From Mobula hypostoma (Eukaryota), in NCBI RefSeq assembly GCF_963921235.1, contig NC_086109.1, forward strand, positions 3,846,001-3,910,000: a stretch of DNA of 64,000 bases, read 5' to 3'. Both the position numbers and the translations under genes were made by a program. Below the pieces are notes generated by a model. It searched no databases. It was not told the DNA's origin and saw nothing but the letters and a program-made list of their open reading frames with translations. Shown here piece after piece: positions 63,174 to 64,000 of this stretch. Numbering within the stretch: position 1 is the first letter of the stretch; every line of letters starts with the position of its first letter.

Positions 63174-64000
63174 CCTGAGTGTAGAGGTGTTCAAGAGGCT
63201 CTTGGGTAGACACGTAGTTTCCTCCTGGTACATGCTATACAACTTTACCAGGCTGGTGACCTTCACTACGCACGGAGGCACAAGCAGCTCACTGGAATTA
63301 ATATTGATTACTTCAAATGAAGGTGCAAGCTTTCTCTTCCACTTCTGAGTAGTCAGCTGAACAACAGAGAGCAGGAAACACCAGTGAAGGCCGAAGGGAT
63401 GCTGAAGAGGAAATGGAACGATCAAATGGATGCATCCAAAGCTGAATCGCAATTAACTGAGGAAGGCGATCGAGGCACTGAGATTTTGTGTGAGCTTTGC
63501 CTTTCAGTCTCTAGCATAGCATCTGGGAGAGATTTGACTGCCGCCTGGGGGAAACATTTCACTTTATACGTAAATGCCAAAATTGAGGGTTAGATGAAAA
63601 TAAAAATGAGCTGTGTAATGCTACAAATAAGTTTTGACTCTGGTTGAACAGAAACAGAAGGGAGTGCTGCTGCAGGTAGAGTACTGTCAACATACAATCC
63701 GCCGTGGAGTCAAATATCTGTGACACTTCAACTTGCCCTAAGCCTCAATACCATGAGTTAAAATGCCTCTTATATTCACATATAAATTATTCTCACAATG
63801 ATGCTAATAATCAGGCATTATGGATTGTTGAATTCTCTGAACCTGGCAGTGAAAGTATAACACCAGTCCCATCTGCCTGTGTTTGGTCCATATCACCCAG
63901 AACCTTTCCTATCCTTGTACCTGTCCAAATGTCTCTTTCACACTGTAATTGTACCCACGTCTACCACTTCCTCTGGCAGCTCGTTCCATACACACATCAC

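Noticed and set aside
53907..64000. Next expected plexin exon (TESVAEKMLTNWF..)
   Set aside because: Not found by eye in the remaining 10 kb. It most likely lies beyond the window, since another intron here is 16 kb, so this is not evidence of truncation.

Overview
This is vertebrate genomic DNA. The repeat content (V-SINEs, CR1, Rex1/Babar-like and Penelope-like elements) suggests a cartilaginous fish, probably a ray, but that is inference. The window lies entirely inside one + strand gene, a class-A plexin best matching PLXNA2. Nine consecutive GT-AG coding exons (118, 137, 168, 94, 240, 144, 235, 143 and 269 bp; 1548 nt) splice in frame. They encode IPT/TIG domains, the transmembrane helix, the juxtamembrane coiled coil and the start of the GAP domain. 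Four of these exons are not translated in the correct frame in the supplied ORF track. The rest is intron, densely filled with decayed and often nested transposons: CR1 and Rex1-like LINE fragments, tRNA-SINEs, RTE-related non-autonomous elements, hAT MITEs, one Tc1 and two pogo/Tigger relics, plus several tandem repeats. The most notable hidden signal is a family of Penelope-like repeats carrying minimal type-I hammerhead ribozyme motifs. Two copies keep an intact catalytic core, one of them sense to the pre-mRNA and inside a MITE hairpin, and inverted copies bracket an in-frame skippable exon. I found no convincing wholly new system beyond that. Exon and TSD coordinates were counted by hand; other repeat boundaries are approximate and family names come from recalled motifs, not database searches.
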